Assembly (NCBI RefSeq): GCF_009914755.1
Contig: NC_060944.1
DNA: 64,000 nucleotides
Direction: 5' to 3' (one strand)
Source of the DNA: the human T2T-CHM13v2.0 reference genome, Homo sapiens
A program made the translations under genes and the position numbers. Shown piece after piece: positions 39,787 to 54,600 of the stretch. How positions within the stretch are numbered: position 1 is the stretch's first letter; each line of letters starts with the position of its first letter. The notes below the pieces were generated by a model that saw only the letters and a program-made list of their open reading frames with translations, was not told the DNA's origin and ran no database searches.

Positions 39787-42599
39787 TGCTCCTTGCTTTT
39801 TATTATGTTTTTGCTGATTCAAAGCATCTGTAAATATAAAAATTGAACTTACTCTTTTGTGTGAACTATTTGGTAAACATTCACAAGCATGAAGAAGGAA
39901 GTTAAGATGTCTTAATCCCATGCTGTAGAGATAAAGGATTTTGGGCAGTACATTTGCTGTCACTTTCAAATATTTGTATGGCGCGTAAGAGGGGAGTCAT
40001 AATGTCTGCATGGGGTGTGCCCCCACTTTTCTGCTGGGACAGGGACTACACAAAGCTTCATATTATCTTGATTAATGGCTGCAGGGTGCTCGGTGTGCAG
40101 TGGCCTCTCTGGGCAGGTCTCCGGGCTGCACACAGTTGGGGACTGTTTTAAGCTGCTCAGTGATGAGTGTCCTTGCTGTGAAGTATTTCTGTGTTTTTCA
40201 TGTTTGTCCAGAGTGGCCACGAGGTCCTCCTAAGAGACTTTGATCAATGTATGTTTCTACAGAAAATGTTAGAAGCTGCTGCTCCTTCACATTAGCTAAT
40301 GCTGGATCTTGCCCATCTTTCTTCCTTGTGCCAATCTGCTGGCGAAAAATTGCTTGTCTATATTTTCATCACTTTTATGTATTTATTTTTTTAAAAAAGA
40401 CATGTTCCCAGAAGTCACTGCTTGGAAATATCTCTGGTCATTTCTCTTGCTTCTTTTAGTTTCTGGGTGAGGCCAGTGGTTATAAGCCAGTTCCTGAGTC
40501 TTTGGACAGTTTAATGGGGGCATGGATCAGGTCGCAGATAGCAGACTTTGATAGCACTTTGATTCAATGAGGGCCTACTATGAGCTTTGCAGGTTTTATC
40601 TCATTCAATATTCATAACCACCTGAGGAGCTGGGTGCTATTTATCCCCATTTTACAGGTGAAGAAACTGAGAACTCTCTCAAGTCCTGGTGGATGAGGGA
40701 CATAGTCTGGATTTGAACAGAGCATGTGGCCACCTGAGCTCACACTCCTGGTCAGCACACCATGGGAGGCATGGGGAGGGGAAGGGGTGTGGGAGATGGC
40801 CAGGAAGACCTGGTCTGGATCGGGGCTCTGCTTACTGGCTGTGAGGCTCTGGACAAAGTTATGTGACCTCTCAGAGCCTAAATTTCCCCAGCTCTCAAAT
40901 GGATATCAGGATATTTACCTTGAGGTTGTTGTAAATAGAAATGGAGATGTGTATGAAGGCCCTGGCATAATTCCTATACTTCACTGATGCTTGATAAATG
41001 ATGGCTGTTTTCTGTACTATTAGCAATGATTATTAATACAGTGATGAAAAATACAGAGCAAAGATGATAAACAGAAAGTGTCTAGAAGATAGTTGCTACC
41101 TGAGAGTTAGCTATTGTTTATTCTGTTAATGTGTTACAGTGTAGGTATTTCTACATTCAGTAACATCATAAGCAAAGAAGACTTTGCTTGCCAAGGGCCC
41201 TATTGAAAGCCCTCGATGGGTACAGGCTGTTATCTCACCAACACAGACTCTGATCCAAGGTGACCAGGAGAATTTTAGAATGATCTAGGCAAGGAAATTG
41301 CCGTGCTTCCAAAGCAACCTGCTCCTCAGGCTCCCTGTGGGGCTGTCTGCCCCAGCTTGCCACACCTCTGCAGGTTCGTGGCTTTGTTTCCTGTATGGGG
41401 TCTGAAGGTGAGCAGTACCTTTGTTTCCTGTATGGGGTCTGTTCTGTGTTCAGAAGCAGGACTCAGGGCTGCTGGAGCTGGAGCTGGAGCCTCTGAGTCC
41501 TCAGGGTTCTCCACAGCTCTCCTGACCAGCTCTGCTAGAGCGATGTCTCTGGCAGATGCCTTTTCCCTGTTGCCCTGTGGTCTGGCCTTTCTGCTGTAGG
41601 TTAAAGAAATCACAGTGTGGGCAGGTGGCCTAGTCTGTAAGTGTGTCCTCTAGTGACCTTTGTTTTACCTCTAGCCATGCTTGCTGTTTGTCCTTTCTTG
41701 GGATTACATAGTTGGCCAGGCCAAAACATCTTAGCTCACATGAAATCCAAGTTCACAGCTGGTAAAAATGCCACAGATTAAATGCTCCATAGAAATTCAT
41801 GTCTATAATGGATGCATTTCTCCTGGGAATTCACTCCTTAAATAGGATGACCTTGTCATTGACTCCTGTCCCTACCCTCAACCCTAACGTGAACAAATAT
41901 GAAATGATCCTTAAGCAACCAACATGCTAGAATAAAGACACAAAGCATTAAAAAAAAAAAAACCAACAAACAATGAGGAGGGAGGAGTAATTCTTTTGGC
42001 AAAACTTGATTCCCTATTGTGGTTGATGTGGCTGCATTCTTTTTGCTCGTTGAGAAGTTGCTAGAAGACAGGGTCAGTGGTGGTTCTATGAGGGTGGCTA
42101 CCATTTTTCTTGAGGGACTGCTTTTATCTGCCAAGCACATAGTTCTTTACATACTTTATCTTCCTGAAGCCTCATGAGAGCTCTAAGAGATTCCCATTAT
42201 TATTATCCCCATTTTGAGCATGAGGAAACTAAAGCTCAGGGAAGTATGGGAATAGAAAACTACATGGCCAGGGTCTGAATCCAGGCTGTTTTGCTTCTGG
42301 CCCCAAGGTCTTAGCCCCAGTGCATACTATTAAATGCTGCCTGAGTTCCTTGACACCTGCACCACTACCCCTCCTTCCACCAACCAGGTGGGGTTCACTG
42401 GTATAAGCTGTCTTAGCATGTTGAAAGTGCTCTTGTAGTACTTAGAAACACTGTCATTTAACTGCTATTTAGGTTCTTAGTAGTTGTAGCTATGTTAGAT
42501 GGATGGGCCAAGCCATAGCCTTGTGAGGACAGGGACAGTATCCAGTTTGTTATCCATCCCTTATCTATGCCTTATATACAGTAGAGTCTCCATAAGTGC

Positions 42600-43445
42600 T
42601 GGGTGGATGGATGGGTGGGTTGGTGGTGGATGGATGGATGGATGGATGGGCAGGTGGGTGGGTGGATGAATGGATGATGGATGATGGCTAAGTAGATATA
42701 TGAGTGGATAGGTAGATGGGTGGATGGATGGATGTATGGATGGATAGATTGATTGGTAGATGGGTGGATGGATTGATGGATGATTGCTAGGTAGATATAT
42801 GAGTGGATAGGTGGGTGGGTGGGTGGGTGCGTGAGTGGATGGATGGATGGAGATTGATAGATGGATAGGTGGATGGATTGGAGAATGGGTGGATGGGTGG
42901 GTGAATGGATTGACGGATGATGGCTAGGTAGATATACCAGTGGATAGGTGGGTGGAGGGATGGGTGGGTGGATGGATGGATGGATAAATGGGGATGGATA
43001 GATGGATGGATGGATGGGTAGATGGACGGATGGATAAATGGAGATGGATAGATGGATGGATGGATGGATGGATGGATGGGTAGATGGATGGATGGGTTGA
43101 TGATGGCTAGGTAGATATATGAGTGGATAGGTGGGTGGGTGGGTGAGTGGATGGGTGGATGGATGGAGATTGATAGATGGATAGGAGGATGGATTGGAGA
43201 ATGGGTGGATGGGTGGGTGAATGGATTGATGGATGACGGCTAGGTAGACATACCAGTGGATAGGTGGGTGGGTGGATGGGTGGGGTGGATGGACAGATGG
43301 ATAAATGGAGATGGATAGATGGATGGATGGATGGATGGATGGATGGATGGATGGGTAGACGGATGTATGGGTTGATGATGGCTAGGTAGATATATGAGTG
43401 GGTAGGTGGGTGGGTGGGTCTGTGGATGGATGGATGAGTGGGTAG
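42600..43445 (+). repeat. Complex (TGGA/TGGG/TAGA)n repeat with higher-order structure
   Basis: About 850 bp, nearly C-free; the marker gatgatggctaggtagatat..agtggataggt recurs six times. Confidence 0.95.
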
Positions 43446-45309
43446 AAATCCAGGCAGCTGGAAGGACAGTGGTGGAAGGAAAGGTATTTGGAAGGACAGT
43501 CATTTGAAGAGGAAACAAAGACATAGTATTTGAGGGGGGAATTATCTGCACAGCCCCCAATTTGCTGACATTAGCTCCTGGAGAAAGGAGCACCTGCAGG
43601 ATGAGCATTTCCCACCTGTCTGTTCTTTTCTCTTGGCCAAGAGGACCTCACAGCAATGCTCTGGTTACAGTCAGGGGAAGGCTGTACTGACCACACAAAG
43701 TTCCAAGAGGGGACAAGCATGGTGTGACCTCCAGCCAACTTGACTCTCTCATCTTCTCCCCACGTTCCTACCTTGGACCTCTTCTGGGCTGGCCGATTGA
43801 AAGAGAATATTCATAAAGCTGACTTTGAGGAGTGTCTTGGGAGGCAGGCACAAAGATTATTGGCATTGAGTCCCAGTTCTATAACTTACTAGCTGTGTGG
43901 CTTTGGGCAAGTTAATCCCTCTCTCTGAGCTTCAGTTCCCATCCTGATGCCAACCTTGGGTACTGCTGAGGGAGGAGGGGAGAAGGGGGATGGATGCACA
44001 TGAATGGAAGGCAGTAGCAGTTGTTAATTCCCCTTATCTGACTTTCCATTTTACTACCTTCATTTCTTTTCTCTTAGACTCTTGGAAGAGATGTACTGTG
44101 CTGGGATATAAATTTTTGAAACCTGTTCTCTTTCCTCTTCCATGTTCTCCGTGATAATGCAGGAAAAAAACTCGCAAACCTGGCCATGATGCCCCTAGGC
44201 CGACAGAGGCTTTCCTAGTTCCAATTCTGGCATTGTAAGAGAGAGCTCTATGGAATAGCAAAAAACAGGCACACTTCATCCTGTGCATGCTGGGGTTGAG
44301 GCTGTGAGGTGTGCAACAGGACAGTAGAGCATAGCGGATGGGTTGATGAGCTGTGATCTGGATTCAGACCTACTTGTCTCAGACCCTGGGTCAGCCCATC
44401 AGCAGCTGAGCAATCTTGGGAAAGATTCTTAACCTTGGATGGTTGGTAGGATCAAGTACAGTCAGTGTAGAAATGCTTAGCTCACCACATGGACTCAGGA
44501 CATGTCAACTCTCCCTGCTTTGGCTATAATTACTATCCTACTGTCAAGGAACTTTCTCTCTAGTTGGGCTAGGTCATGTGCGCAGAAGGGTTGGAGGACA
44601 AGGTGTTGAAGAAAGATTTCTCCAAAGATCCTGGTTGGATGTGAGCTGGATAGAGCAAGGCTGGAGAGTGCAGATGCCCCTGGGGCCAGGCGGTCTTCAA
44701 CCAGTCTTGGTGAGAAATAGTAGCTCGACTCAGCTTTGGGGTGCAGAGACACTGGGGAGGGGCGGGGACTGTAGCAACCTAAAGTGCTCCTGCCCTGCCT
44801 GCAGAGGATGATCTGCACAGCCCTGCTCATTATGATGACATGGGCATGTGCGTGACTGTCAGCTCTTTGGTTTTCAAGAGAATTTGGAAGTCTAGGTTTC
44901 CATGCATCAAACCAGTAGTAGAGAAGGCAACCATGGGGAGAACCTAAGTCTTGTTTCTAGAGAGATCATAGGGTTGTAAATTTTACCTTGCATCTCAGAG
45001 AAGGGCAGTGCTATTTTAGATTAGGGAGGTTGCAAAGGTGATGAACTCCAAGAACACTGACAAATACCATTATCATTGCAAAAGAATCTTAAATGTGTCT
45101 TTGAAAAGCAAGCATTTGGCTTCTAAGTTGTAAAAATGGACCAAAAATGAAGCAGTAGAGTAGGGACTCATAACCAAGTTTATGCCATTATTGTTACAGG
45201 TTTCTTTTACTGTGTTTCTCTCTCTATATATGCACATCTATATAAATATAGATACATAGATATATGGGGAGAAGATATAGATAGAGATAATGTATGCATA
45301 TATATACAT

Positions 45310-45967
45310 ATTATATTTGTCTGGGTTCTCCAGAGGAACACCATCAATAGGATATAGAGATTTATCTATTGCCTATCTATTCATCTATTTATCTATCTAC
45401 CAATCCATCCATCCATCCACCTCTGTTCATCTATCCATCCATTATCGTATCTATCATCTATCCATTCATCCATCCATGTATGTATGCATGTATGTATGTC
45501 TCTCTCTCTCTATCATTTTCATCCATTCAAACATTGTCTGTCTATCTATCTATCTAGATGTATTAGAAGGAATTGGCCTATGTGTTGTGGAGTCTAAGAA
45601 GTCCCAGCAGTCAGCAAGCTGAAGACCTGAGAGAGCCAATGGTGTAGTTCTAGTGCGAGTTTGAAGGCCTGAGAAACGGGAGAGCTAATGGTGTAAATTT
45701 CAGTCTGAGTCTGCAGAAGACTGATGATTCAGCTCGAAGACAGATAGAGAGAATTCTTTCTTATTCCGTCTTCCTGCTCTATTCAGTCCCTCAATGGATT
45801 GGATGAGGCCCACTCATGCTAGGGAAGGCCATCTGCTTTACCCAGCCTATTGATTCAAATGTCAGTCTCATCCAGAAACTCCCTCATGGGCACCCAAAAT
45901 AATGTTTCACCAAATGTGTGGGCACCCTCAGGCCCAGTCAAGTTGACACATTAAAGGAACCATCCCA
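45310..45967 (-). mobile_element. MLT2 (B-like) ERVL solo LTR with internal (TCTA/TCCA)n
   Basis: gggttctccagagg...gaaggcctgaga...ggattggatgaggccca...cagtcaagttgacaca. Confidence 0.85.
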
Positions 45968-47135
45968 TGCATATCTATAGATTGTGTGTGTATGTACATT
46001 TGTGTATATATAATATATAATTATCCTGTTAAGGATGTCTCACAGCCTTGAGGCAGAGATTAATTGTGACCTGGTGGTTTCCAATGTTTCTGTATATACA
46101 AATAAATTATGCAGCAATGATACCCTAGTCTCATTTTATTAATTGCTCTTCTATTAGTCTGTTTAAAGTCAATTAAACCTCCCAAGGCCCCTCACGGAGG
46201 AACCTCTCACAAAATCAGTCTCTGTCACTTAGGAATCCTGAGTGGATGTCACATGGCTGTCCTAGCTCCTGGGGAGGGTGCAGACAACATCTCTGTTGGA
46301 ACTCCTGGGTCTGTGGGTGATCATTGGCTTGCATTTTGTAGTGGCATGGCCCGTGGAGGTCCGGATGTAGAGAAGGCAGCCTTTCTGCAGAGCGTTAGAA
46401 TTTGGGAAGAAGTGGTCAGGATTAGAGAGGAAAAAAAAGACTTAGACATGGACAAGGATGCCACCCCAGCTTACCCTTCCTCTAGTTTCCTGGACTTTTG
46501 CAGGGTTCGGTGGATAATTAGTTATTTGCTTGCTTGGTTGGTATCTGTTCACTTTTATTTCTTTTAGACTTTTTTTTTTTCTGATTAGAACAAAAATTAT
46601 ATTTATTATTGAAAATTCAGAATACATAGGAGATTATCAAGAACATCAAAAGCATTCACAAATCCCCCCACCCCCACCCCAGAGATAACCCCTGTGGCTA
46701 CTTTTGTGTGTGTTCCTCCAGTACTTTTCCTATAGAAACATTTTTCCCGTGTCGGGATTGTTCAGCCTATATCCTTTATTAAATTAATACATCAGAAGCT
46801 TTTCTCCACACTGCTTAGGACACTTGGGACCAAATGCTCCAGAATAGGAATTTGCCACCATTTATTTTCCCATTCTGCTTTCATTGGAAACTGAGTCTGG
46901 CTTGAGGCTTTTGTTTGCTTCTTTCTTGCTATAGTAATTGGGATGGACTTAAGGCTGCCTGCCTTTTTGTGTACATCTCTGATTATTTCTTTAGGCTAAA
47001 TTCCTAGAAGCTGGAACCCGGGGCAGAAGGAATGAAGATTGGAAACCCTTGGTGCATGACAGCAACTTGCTGTCCTGCCAACATTGGGGCGTTTGCCTAC
47101 AGAAAGAGCTCTCTGGTTGAATCAAAGAATTTTAA

Positions 47136-47464
<329 letters not shown>

Positions 47465-49111
47465 AATTCTTCTTTTAAAAGTTGGGGATCAGAGTAAGGT
47501 GAGAAGGTATCCTGCACAGCATCAATGCACACAGCGCACATTAAATGAGTGCTATTCCACTTCATTTGTAGTATTTTTTTTCCCATTTGTAGGAACTACT
47601 TTTGTGCCTGACTTCCTTGTTCCTTTAAATGAGCCTTAAGGAAGTAGTGTTGGGGGAATTCAACACACACAGAGCAGTTGGTCTTTATTATGATTTTAAG
47701 CATCTTGTTTTCATGTGAGCACCCCAACTTTGCCTTTTGCTAAATTTTGCAACAAGTTTTGAGTAATTCTGCACAAAACAGTGCCCTTGCTCCAGGAGGA
47801 GAACAGACATTTGCTCGTTCTTCACAGGATAATTAGACTCTAAAATTAGAAGTCAAACACTGCATGTTAAAATGCATCTGGATAAAATCCCAGTGGGAGA
47901 ATTAATCCTTCTTGGCAGTGCAGGGGAACTTGGGTGCACGCCTGATGGAGCGGCGAGAAGCTGAGAGGGAGTGAGGCAGCCCCTCTGTGTGGAGTGTTCA
48001 GGGCAAATGCACGGGTGCTGGTGACGCAGTCCCTTTACTTGTCTAAAAGTATTGGATTCTAAGTGAAAAGGGGGGTGGGGATAGAAGGCCTTCTGCCTCG
48101 CCTCCTGTAGTCACAGTTTGGATATCCTGTGAAAGTAGCACTTAGGCAGGCATTCGGTCCTGCTTGGCGTTGTTTGGTGGACTTGTTAGAGAACACTACT
48201 GACTGTGTTTGAGGAAGGAGGTGGAGCAGAGGGCTCAGGGCTTAAGCGGCATCTCCTCAAGGGCAGCAAGAGACCTGGAACGTTCCAGAGTAACCCCTGC
48301 CTGCATCCGTCGGACTTGCCAATACACACTGAGAAACTGCTAAAGGTTATGGATGCAATGGAGGCTTCTGGTATAGTGGGGAGGAAAAGCCTCCATTATG
48401 AAGTCAAAGGCCATTGCGTGCCTGCAGTGTGCGACAAGAGCTAGTGGTTGCAGCACCCTGATGGGCAGAAGCTTCCCTCACAGAGCTATGGTGATGGAGA
48501 AGGCAGCTGCAAATCAAGTCATTACCAGCAAGGTTATAAAATTATTTGATTGCATTTCGAAGTGAAAAACAGTTTTGAATTAACTTCTATTTGTTGTGAT
48601 ATAAACAACAGATATAAAAAGATATAAAAGGAAATAAACAGTGACCATGACATTGGTTGTTCAGTTTCAACACTATCTTCGGGTTCCCTGGTCCTTGTCC
48701 TCCCTCATTCGCCTCCCCCACCACTGAATTGTAGACTCCAACAGGGGGCGGGAGCTGAGTTTGTTTTTGCTCCCAGCTGGGACTCCAGGGTCTAGCACTG
48801 GCCTGGTGCTTAGCAGCCTGTAGCAAGTATGTGTTGAATGGGCAAATGTATCCTTTGGCGGTACGAGACAGAAGCTGGTGGTCCTGTGCTGCCTGTGGCC
48901 AGAGCACTTCCAGCATACGGGGCCAGGACACATTTGCCCTGGTGTCCCAGGTTGCTCCAGGCACAGGCTGCACCTCCTGGGGGCTCTCCCTGCACCAGCC
49001 TGGTGGTTCTCTGTCGCTTCTCCTGCACCCTGCGCCTTCCCTTTGTGTCACATCCCTACCTCATCGCTACTCATTTGTTGGCCAGTGTTTTTTTTAGAGG
49101 ATCTCTTTTTA

Positions 49112-49470
49112 TAAAATTTCAGTTTTTATTTTAGGTTCTGGAGGTACATGTGCAGGTTTGTTACCAGGGCACATCGCCTGATGCTGAGGCTGGGGCTTCT
49201 GTTCATTCTGTCACCCAGATAGTAAACATAGGGCCTGACAGCACGTTTTTCAGCCCTTGTCCCCCTCCTTCGCTCCCTCCCTTTCTCTTTCGGAGTCCCC
49301 TGTGTCTGTTGTTCTGTATGTTTGTGTGTACTCAAGATTTAGCTCCCACTCATGAGTGAGAATAGGCAGTATTTGGTTTTCTATTTCTGCGTTAATTCAC
49401 TCAGGATAGTGGCCTCCAGCTGCATCCATGTTGCTGCAAAGGATATGATTTTGTTCTTTTTTATGTTAGC
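49112..49470 (-). mobile_element. L1PA15/16-like 3' end, antisense
   Basis: ggtacatgtgcaggtttgttac...tcacccagatagt...gagtgagaa...tggcctccagctgcatccatgttgctgcaaagga. Confidence 0.85.
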
Positions 49471-51304
49471 AGATCTTTTTTTTTTTTTTTTTTTTTACCC
49501 ACTCTCTGATTCTCCATGCATCATGAGTCCCCCAAAGGCAGGGCTGGGTTAACCTCCCTGGGCCCAGAGAACAGGTGCTCAGTATTTTTAGAATGAACAA
49601 AAGTTCTCTTGTGGAATCATGAGGGAGGTGGAGGGAGGAAGGAAGGAGGGAAGACCTCTGCCCTGGCTCTTTCTCCTGCCTGAAACAGCCTCCCTCAGAT
49701 CCCAGCCTGTGGCGCCTTTCTCGTCACGTGTGTGTCCGCCCCACACTGCCCTCCCTGGCCTCGGAGGCTAAAGCGCTGGCCCCTGCCAGCCTGGACCTCT
49801 CCTCGTCCTGCTTGATTTGATTCTGAGCGTGCTCATCACCATCTGGACATATGTTATTCACGCACAATTAAATGTTGCTTATATTGCATATAAAACATAA
49901 ATTTATATAATGATATACATGTACATATGTGTGTGTGGCGTGTGTGTGTGTGCATATCCCTGTCGACACCACCAGAATATGTTTTAATGAAACCGTCATG
50001 TTTTAATGAAAACAGAAAGCCTTCTGTTTCATGTCGTGACGCTGGAATGAAAACAGTCTCTCCCAGCATCTAGCTCAGTGCCTGGCACATCATGAAAGCT
50101 TAATAAATACGGCTAGAATTAATGAATGAGTTTCTTTCCCCTCCCCTGTCCTGTATTTTTAATAAGGCTGTTGAGCCTGGGGCCTCTGCCCTCTGCTGGT
50201 CACTATCATCACACAGCCTCACTCAGGAGGCCCCTGGCCCCGTTCTGCCTGGAGTGTTGGCAGGTGGCAAGGGTTGTAAGCTCCTGCCCAGTCCCGTGGG
50301 CAGTTCTAGGATCTTACCCCCAGCCCCTGCGATTCTGAGGGGACGTGTCAGTCATTCAGCCTCCAGCCAGTCCCTGGGGATGTCTGAGGGAGGAAGTAAG
50401 GCTCAAGTCCCCTGAAGTGGGCAGCTCCTGTCATCCACAGCTGCTGCTTGTTAGTGGGAGCCCTGGGGCCCTGGGTAAATGTCCTGCCAGAGCTGGGCTC
50501 ACTCTGGCCTCCTTTGTATACCTGGGGGCAAGGTTTAGCTATTCAGCAAGGGCTGTTTTAAAAAATTGGGTTGGTTCTGGATATTATAATACCTTTTTAT
50601 AAAAGACCACGAAGAAAACTACATTTTCTTGGTGACTTTTACAATAGGAGCAAGTTAAATTTTCTTTCTTCACTGAGTTGTCATTGTTGCCTTTTTTTTA
50701 AAATCAGTTTTTCCCTGTCAAAAGAAAGTACCTTACCATGTGATCTACTGAAATATAGGAGTTACACTGAACGAAGTGAAAATGAAGCTTGTTTGTCAGT
50801 CCTTCCTGCTGACTTTCTCAATCTGGGCCCAGTGTACCCTGGGAGGCACAGCCAGAGCCCAGGGAGTGAATCCGATTGTTCAGTAGATGCAGTTCCCCAG
50901 TTCAGGCCCTGCAACTACCAGTCCAGGCCTGGAGGGGAGCATGCATCCCCCAGGAACATGACTCGGAGCTGGAATCTGACTAGGCATAGGAGTTAATTGG
51001 GCCTGAGGCAGGGAGGGTGCTGGGAAGAACATTCTAGGGAGAGCAGACAGCATGTATGCATGCACACATGTTCTGTGGCAGAAGACTGTGTGAGTGTTTG
51101 GGGAGGTATGAGTGACTCTGAAAGGGTTTTTCCCAGTGGAGCACAAAGATGCCCGTGTTGTGGGAGGAAGCCCAAGGTGGGACCAGGCAGGGCTCATTAA
51201 AGGGATTTTTGTCTTTAAATGAAGAGCACCAGGAAAGCCTCTGAGGATTTTAAACATGGTGGTTGCAGTCGGGCAGATCAGCTTGGCAAAGATTTGATGA
51301 CTAG

Positions 51305-51658
51305 GGTATTAGTCTGTTCTCATGCTGCTAATACAGACATATCTAGGACTGGGTAATTTATAAAGGAAAGAAGTTTAATGGACTCCACAGTTCCACATGG
51401 CTGGGGAGGCCTCACAATCATGGCGGAAGGCAAAGGAGAAGCAAAGGCATGTCTTACATGGCAGCAGGCAAGAGAGAGCTTGTGCAGGGAAACTCCCATT
51501 TATAAAACCATCCAATATCGTGAGACTTACTACCATGAAAACAGTAGGGGGGAACCACCCACATGATTCAATTATCTCCATCTGGCCCCACCCTTGACAT
51601 GTGGAGATTATTACAATTCAAGGTGAGATTTGGGTGGGGACACAGCCAAACCATATCA
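51305..51658 (-). mobile_element. THE1 (B/C-like) MaLR solo LTR
   Basis: gtattagtctgttctcatgctgctaat...ggggacacagccaaaccatatca; perfect 5-bp TSD ACTAG at 51300-51304 and 51659-51663. Confidence 0.93.
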
Positions 51659-54600
51659 ACTAGCATGGAGAGGCCAGTGTGGAGTTTAGGGTACCAGGTG
51701 GAAGGCCCCCTGAGGTTGGGGAGGGTGGTGCAGGGCAGCAGGTGGCAGCCAGGCCCTTGGAGGTCCATTGGCAGGACTGAGCAGCAGGGTGTTGGAGTGA
51801 CATGCAGGTGGGGGTACAGTCCTCTTCATTCTTATTCACATCTTTTCTGTTGATCCCTTTCCATCTCTTTCCCCACTAGTTTCCTGTGTTCTTTTGATCC
51901 ACAAGCTCCACATTTCCTGAAAGAAATGAATGCCATTATTATCACATACAGCCACACACACACCCTGTACAAACTCATCTCCCACAACGCCCAACTCCCT
52001 AACATGGTTGCCTAAATCAGAATTAAGCTCCCTGGATTCAGGTCCCAGTCCCACCCTTAATGTGCTTGTGAATCTCAATGAGGTGCTTGGCCTTTCTTGG
52101 CTGGGTTTCCTCATCTGTGAAATGGGGGATTTTGCACTGTTTTATTTTTCTACTTTTTGCCAGCCTTGCAACTTTCCATAGGACTTTGCTTCATCTAGAC
52201 TGTTGGTGTAGGAAAACATCCTTTTGGTTAATGGATAGATGTTATAGGCTAGGTGCCTTCCCTCCAGGAGGTTCCTCATCTTATTAGTGAAGATTCTGTA
52301 GTTGCATATGGCTTTAGTTGCTGTTGAGAAACCTACCCAGACTGGCTTCACCATCAAAGGTATTTATTGACTGACACCGTTTTGTGATTAGTCCAGGGGG
52401 AGTTTGGCTTCAGGCCCATTGACCACAGGGTCTAATTATACTGTTCACCATTGCTTCTCGTCCCTCTCACTGCCTGGTTCTCTGCTGGCCTGCTGTGAGG
52501 CCACATTTCCTTCTCCTCTGTTCCCCCAGGCTCCAGCCATTTTGAGGAAGGAGGTGAGTTTCTCTTTCCTATTAGTGAAGAATACCAAAGCTGTAGGAAT
52601 CATATCTTACTGGCCTGGAGGTGGTCAGCTTCTTTAAAATCACATGGCCTGATTGGGCAAGGGGTAGGTCCCTTGAGGGAAATCAAGGTGCTGAACCAGA
52701 AAAGGTGGTGATGGCAATTGGGTAGGAAAAAATAAGTCCATCTCAGAGTCTTTAAAAAACATCTTTAAAATCTCCTCGTGATTTCTTAATCAGCAAGAGG
52801 GTGGCTTAATCTGTTTATCCCAGAGGCCAGGGATGGAGGGTCAGGGAGGGGTTGACCTTCTGGGGCTGATGATAGCATTTGTTTTTCTTCCCAGTCCAGG
52901 CTTACGCTGACCTTGGTACTTAAGGCAGGGCCTGTCCTTTCCTCTGCTCAGCAACATCCATCACTGCCATGTCCTTTTGGCACTAATTAAAGAGGACACA
53001 CTTGGATTAGGAAAATGATGGATTGGGTTGATGTGATTTGATGTGAGGTGGAGTGAATAAGTGACAAGCTCGCCCTTAGAGAAACCACCTCGGAGTAGCC
53101 ACAGGCAGCCTGTGTCCCCCATAGGAGGGACTGGGACAGCTTGGCAACCACCTACCCCAGAACACCTGCTAGGAGGAGAGAGTCCTGTTGTTCCGGCTTG
53201 GGAATGTCTGTGTTTACATGATGAGGCTGGGAATATAGGCATCGAAGCATCAGTTTCCTTTGCTCCATCTAGATCAGCGTTGTTGATGGATGAGTATGGT
53301 AAAGAGTTGGATGATTTTCCCCCAGAGTTTCCATGCTGGACAATTGTTTATTTACTTGAGCTAATTACTGAAATTTTTTTCCATGACTTGGCCTAATATA
53401 AAAAAAGACACTAATGAGAGTGAGGTTTTATGGTAAGCAAATTGAAAAGCAAATAGCAAATAACTCATCTATGAAATAGTTATAAGAAAAGTTATTATGG
53501 TAATGGTTAGGGCAAAACAACTCTATTTAATTCTTGATGCTTATGGAGATTCCAGCCAAGATATGTGTATTTTCCTTAAAAAGATTTCTTTAAAGCATGT
53601 GTCTTAATTTAATCCTGTTATACACAGGCACATCTATTAATGAAGTAAATTCAACAAAGAGTTAATTATAAATAGCAGCAACATGTTTTCTTTCTTTAAA
53701 TATTGTATATATTTCATGTTGTAACTCGGGGGATAAATTATACTAGGTGGATTTTGTGGTAATATAAAGGACGGTTGGAATTTTATTGAGTATTTACTTT
53801 TATTTGGTTTTGAAGAAGAGCTTCTCCATACCTCAGACTATCAAAAATCATTCTGTTAGAGTCACAGAAATTCCAATTAAGAGCTTAGATGCCAATACAG
53901 ACTGATTATTTTGAAGACTTTTTTCAGTTCATGACTCAGTTAATATTCAGTGGTGTATTTTCTGTAGTTTAAAAGTATCACTGATAAGTTGGGAGTATGC
54001 CTTCCATATGAGATACAAATTGTCCCTAACCACTCAATCAATGTTTACTTTACATGTTAAAAATAAGAAACTAAGACCTCATAATGTGGTTTTAAAGGTT
54101 CCTGTTTTTTGCCCTGAAGGTCCAAAGGTAAATTTGGCACATTTGTCAAAATATAGATGAATAATTTATAGATGTGCATCCATTTTATTTTTATAAGTAT
54201 GGAAATAGATATAAAGGGATTTGCTGGAAGAATTTCTTTTGGCAAATGAGCAAAAAATTTAACTATAAAGAATGAAATACTAGGCTCTAGATATAAAATA
54301 ATATTCACAATGCAATACAAAATGTGCAGGCATTTTTGGTCATATTTTCTATGACAGGTTTCTTAGAAATCTGTGTTTCTACTATGAAACACATGAAACA
54401 AAGAAATATTTATACATCAGCAGAACTATAAATTCAAAAATTCAGAGAAAATTCCAAATGGGTGTGATGTTGATACTTGCATTTTTCTCTAAAATTAATA
54501 AGGTATGTGTGTATATATCTGCATATACCTATGATTCATGTAAAGGGTTGCAGATACAAAGATTCTAAGTTCATAGGTATAAGAATAAATATATGAAGCT

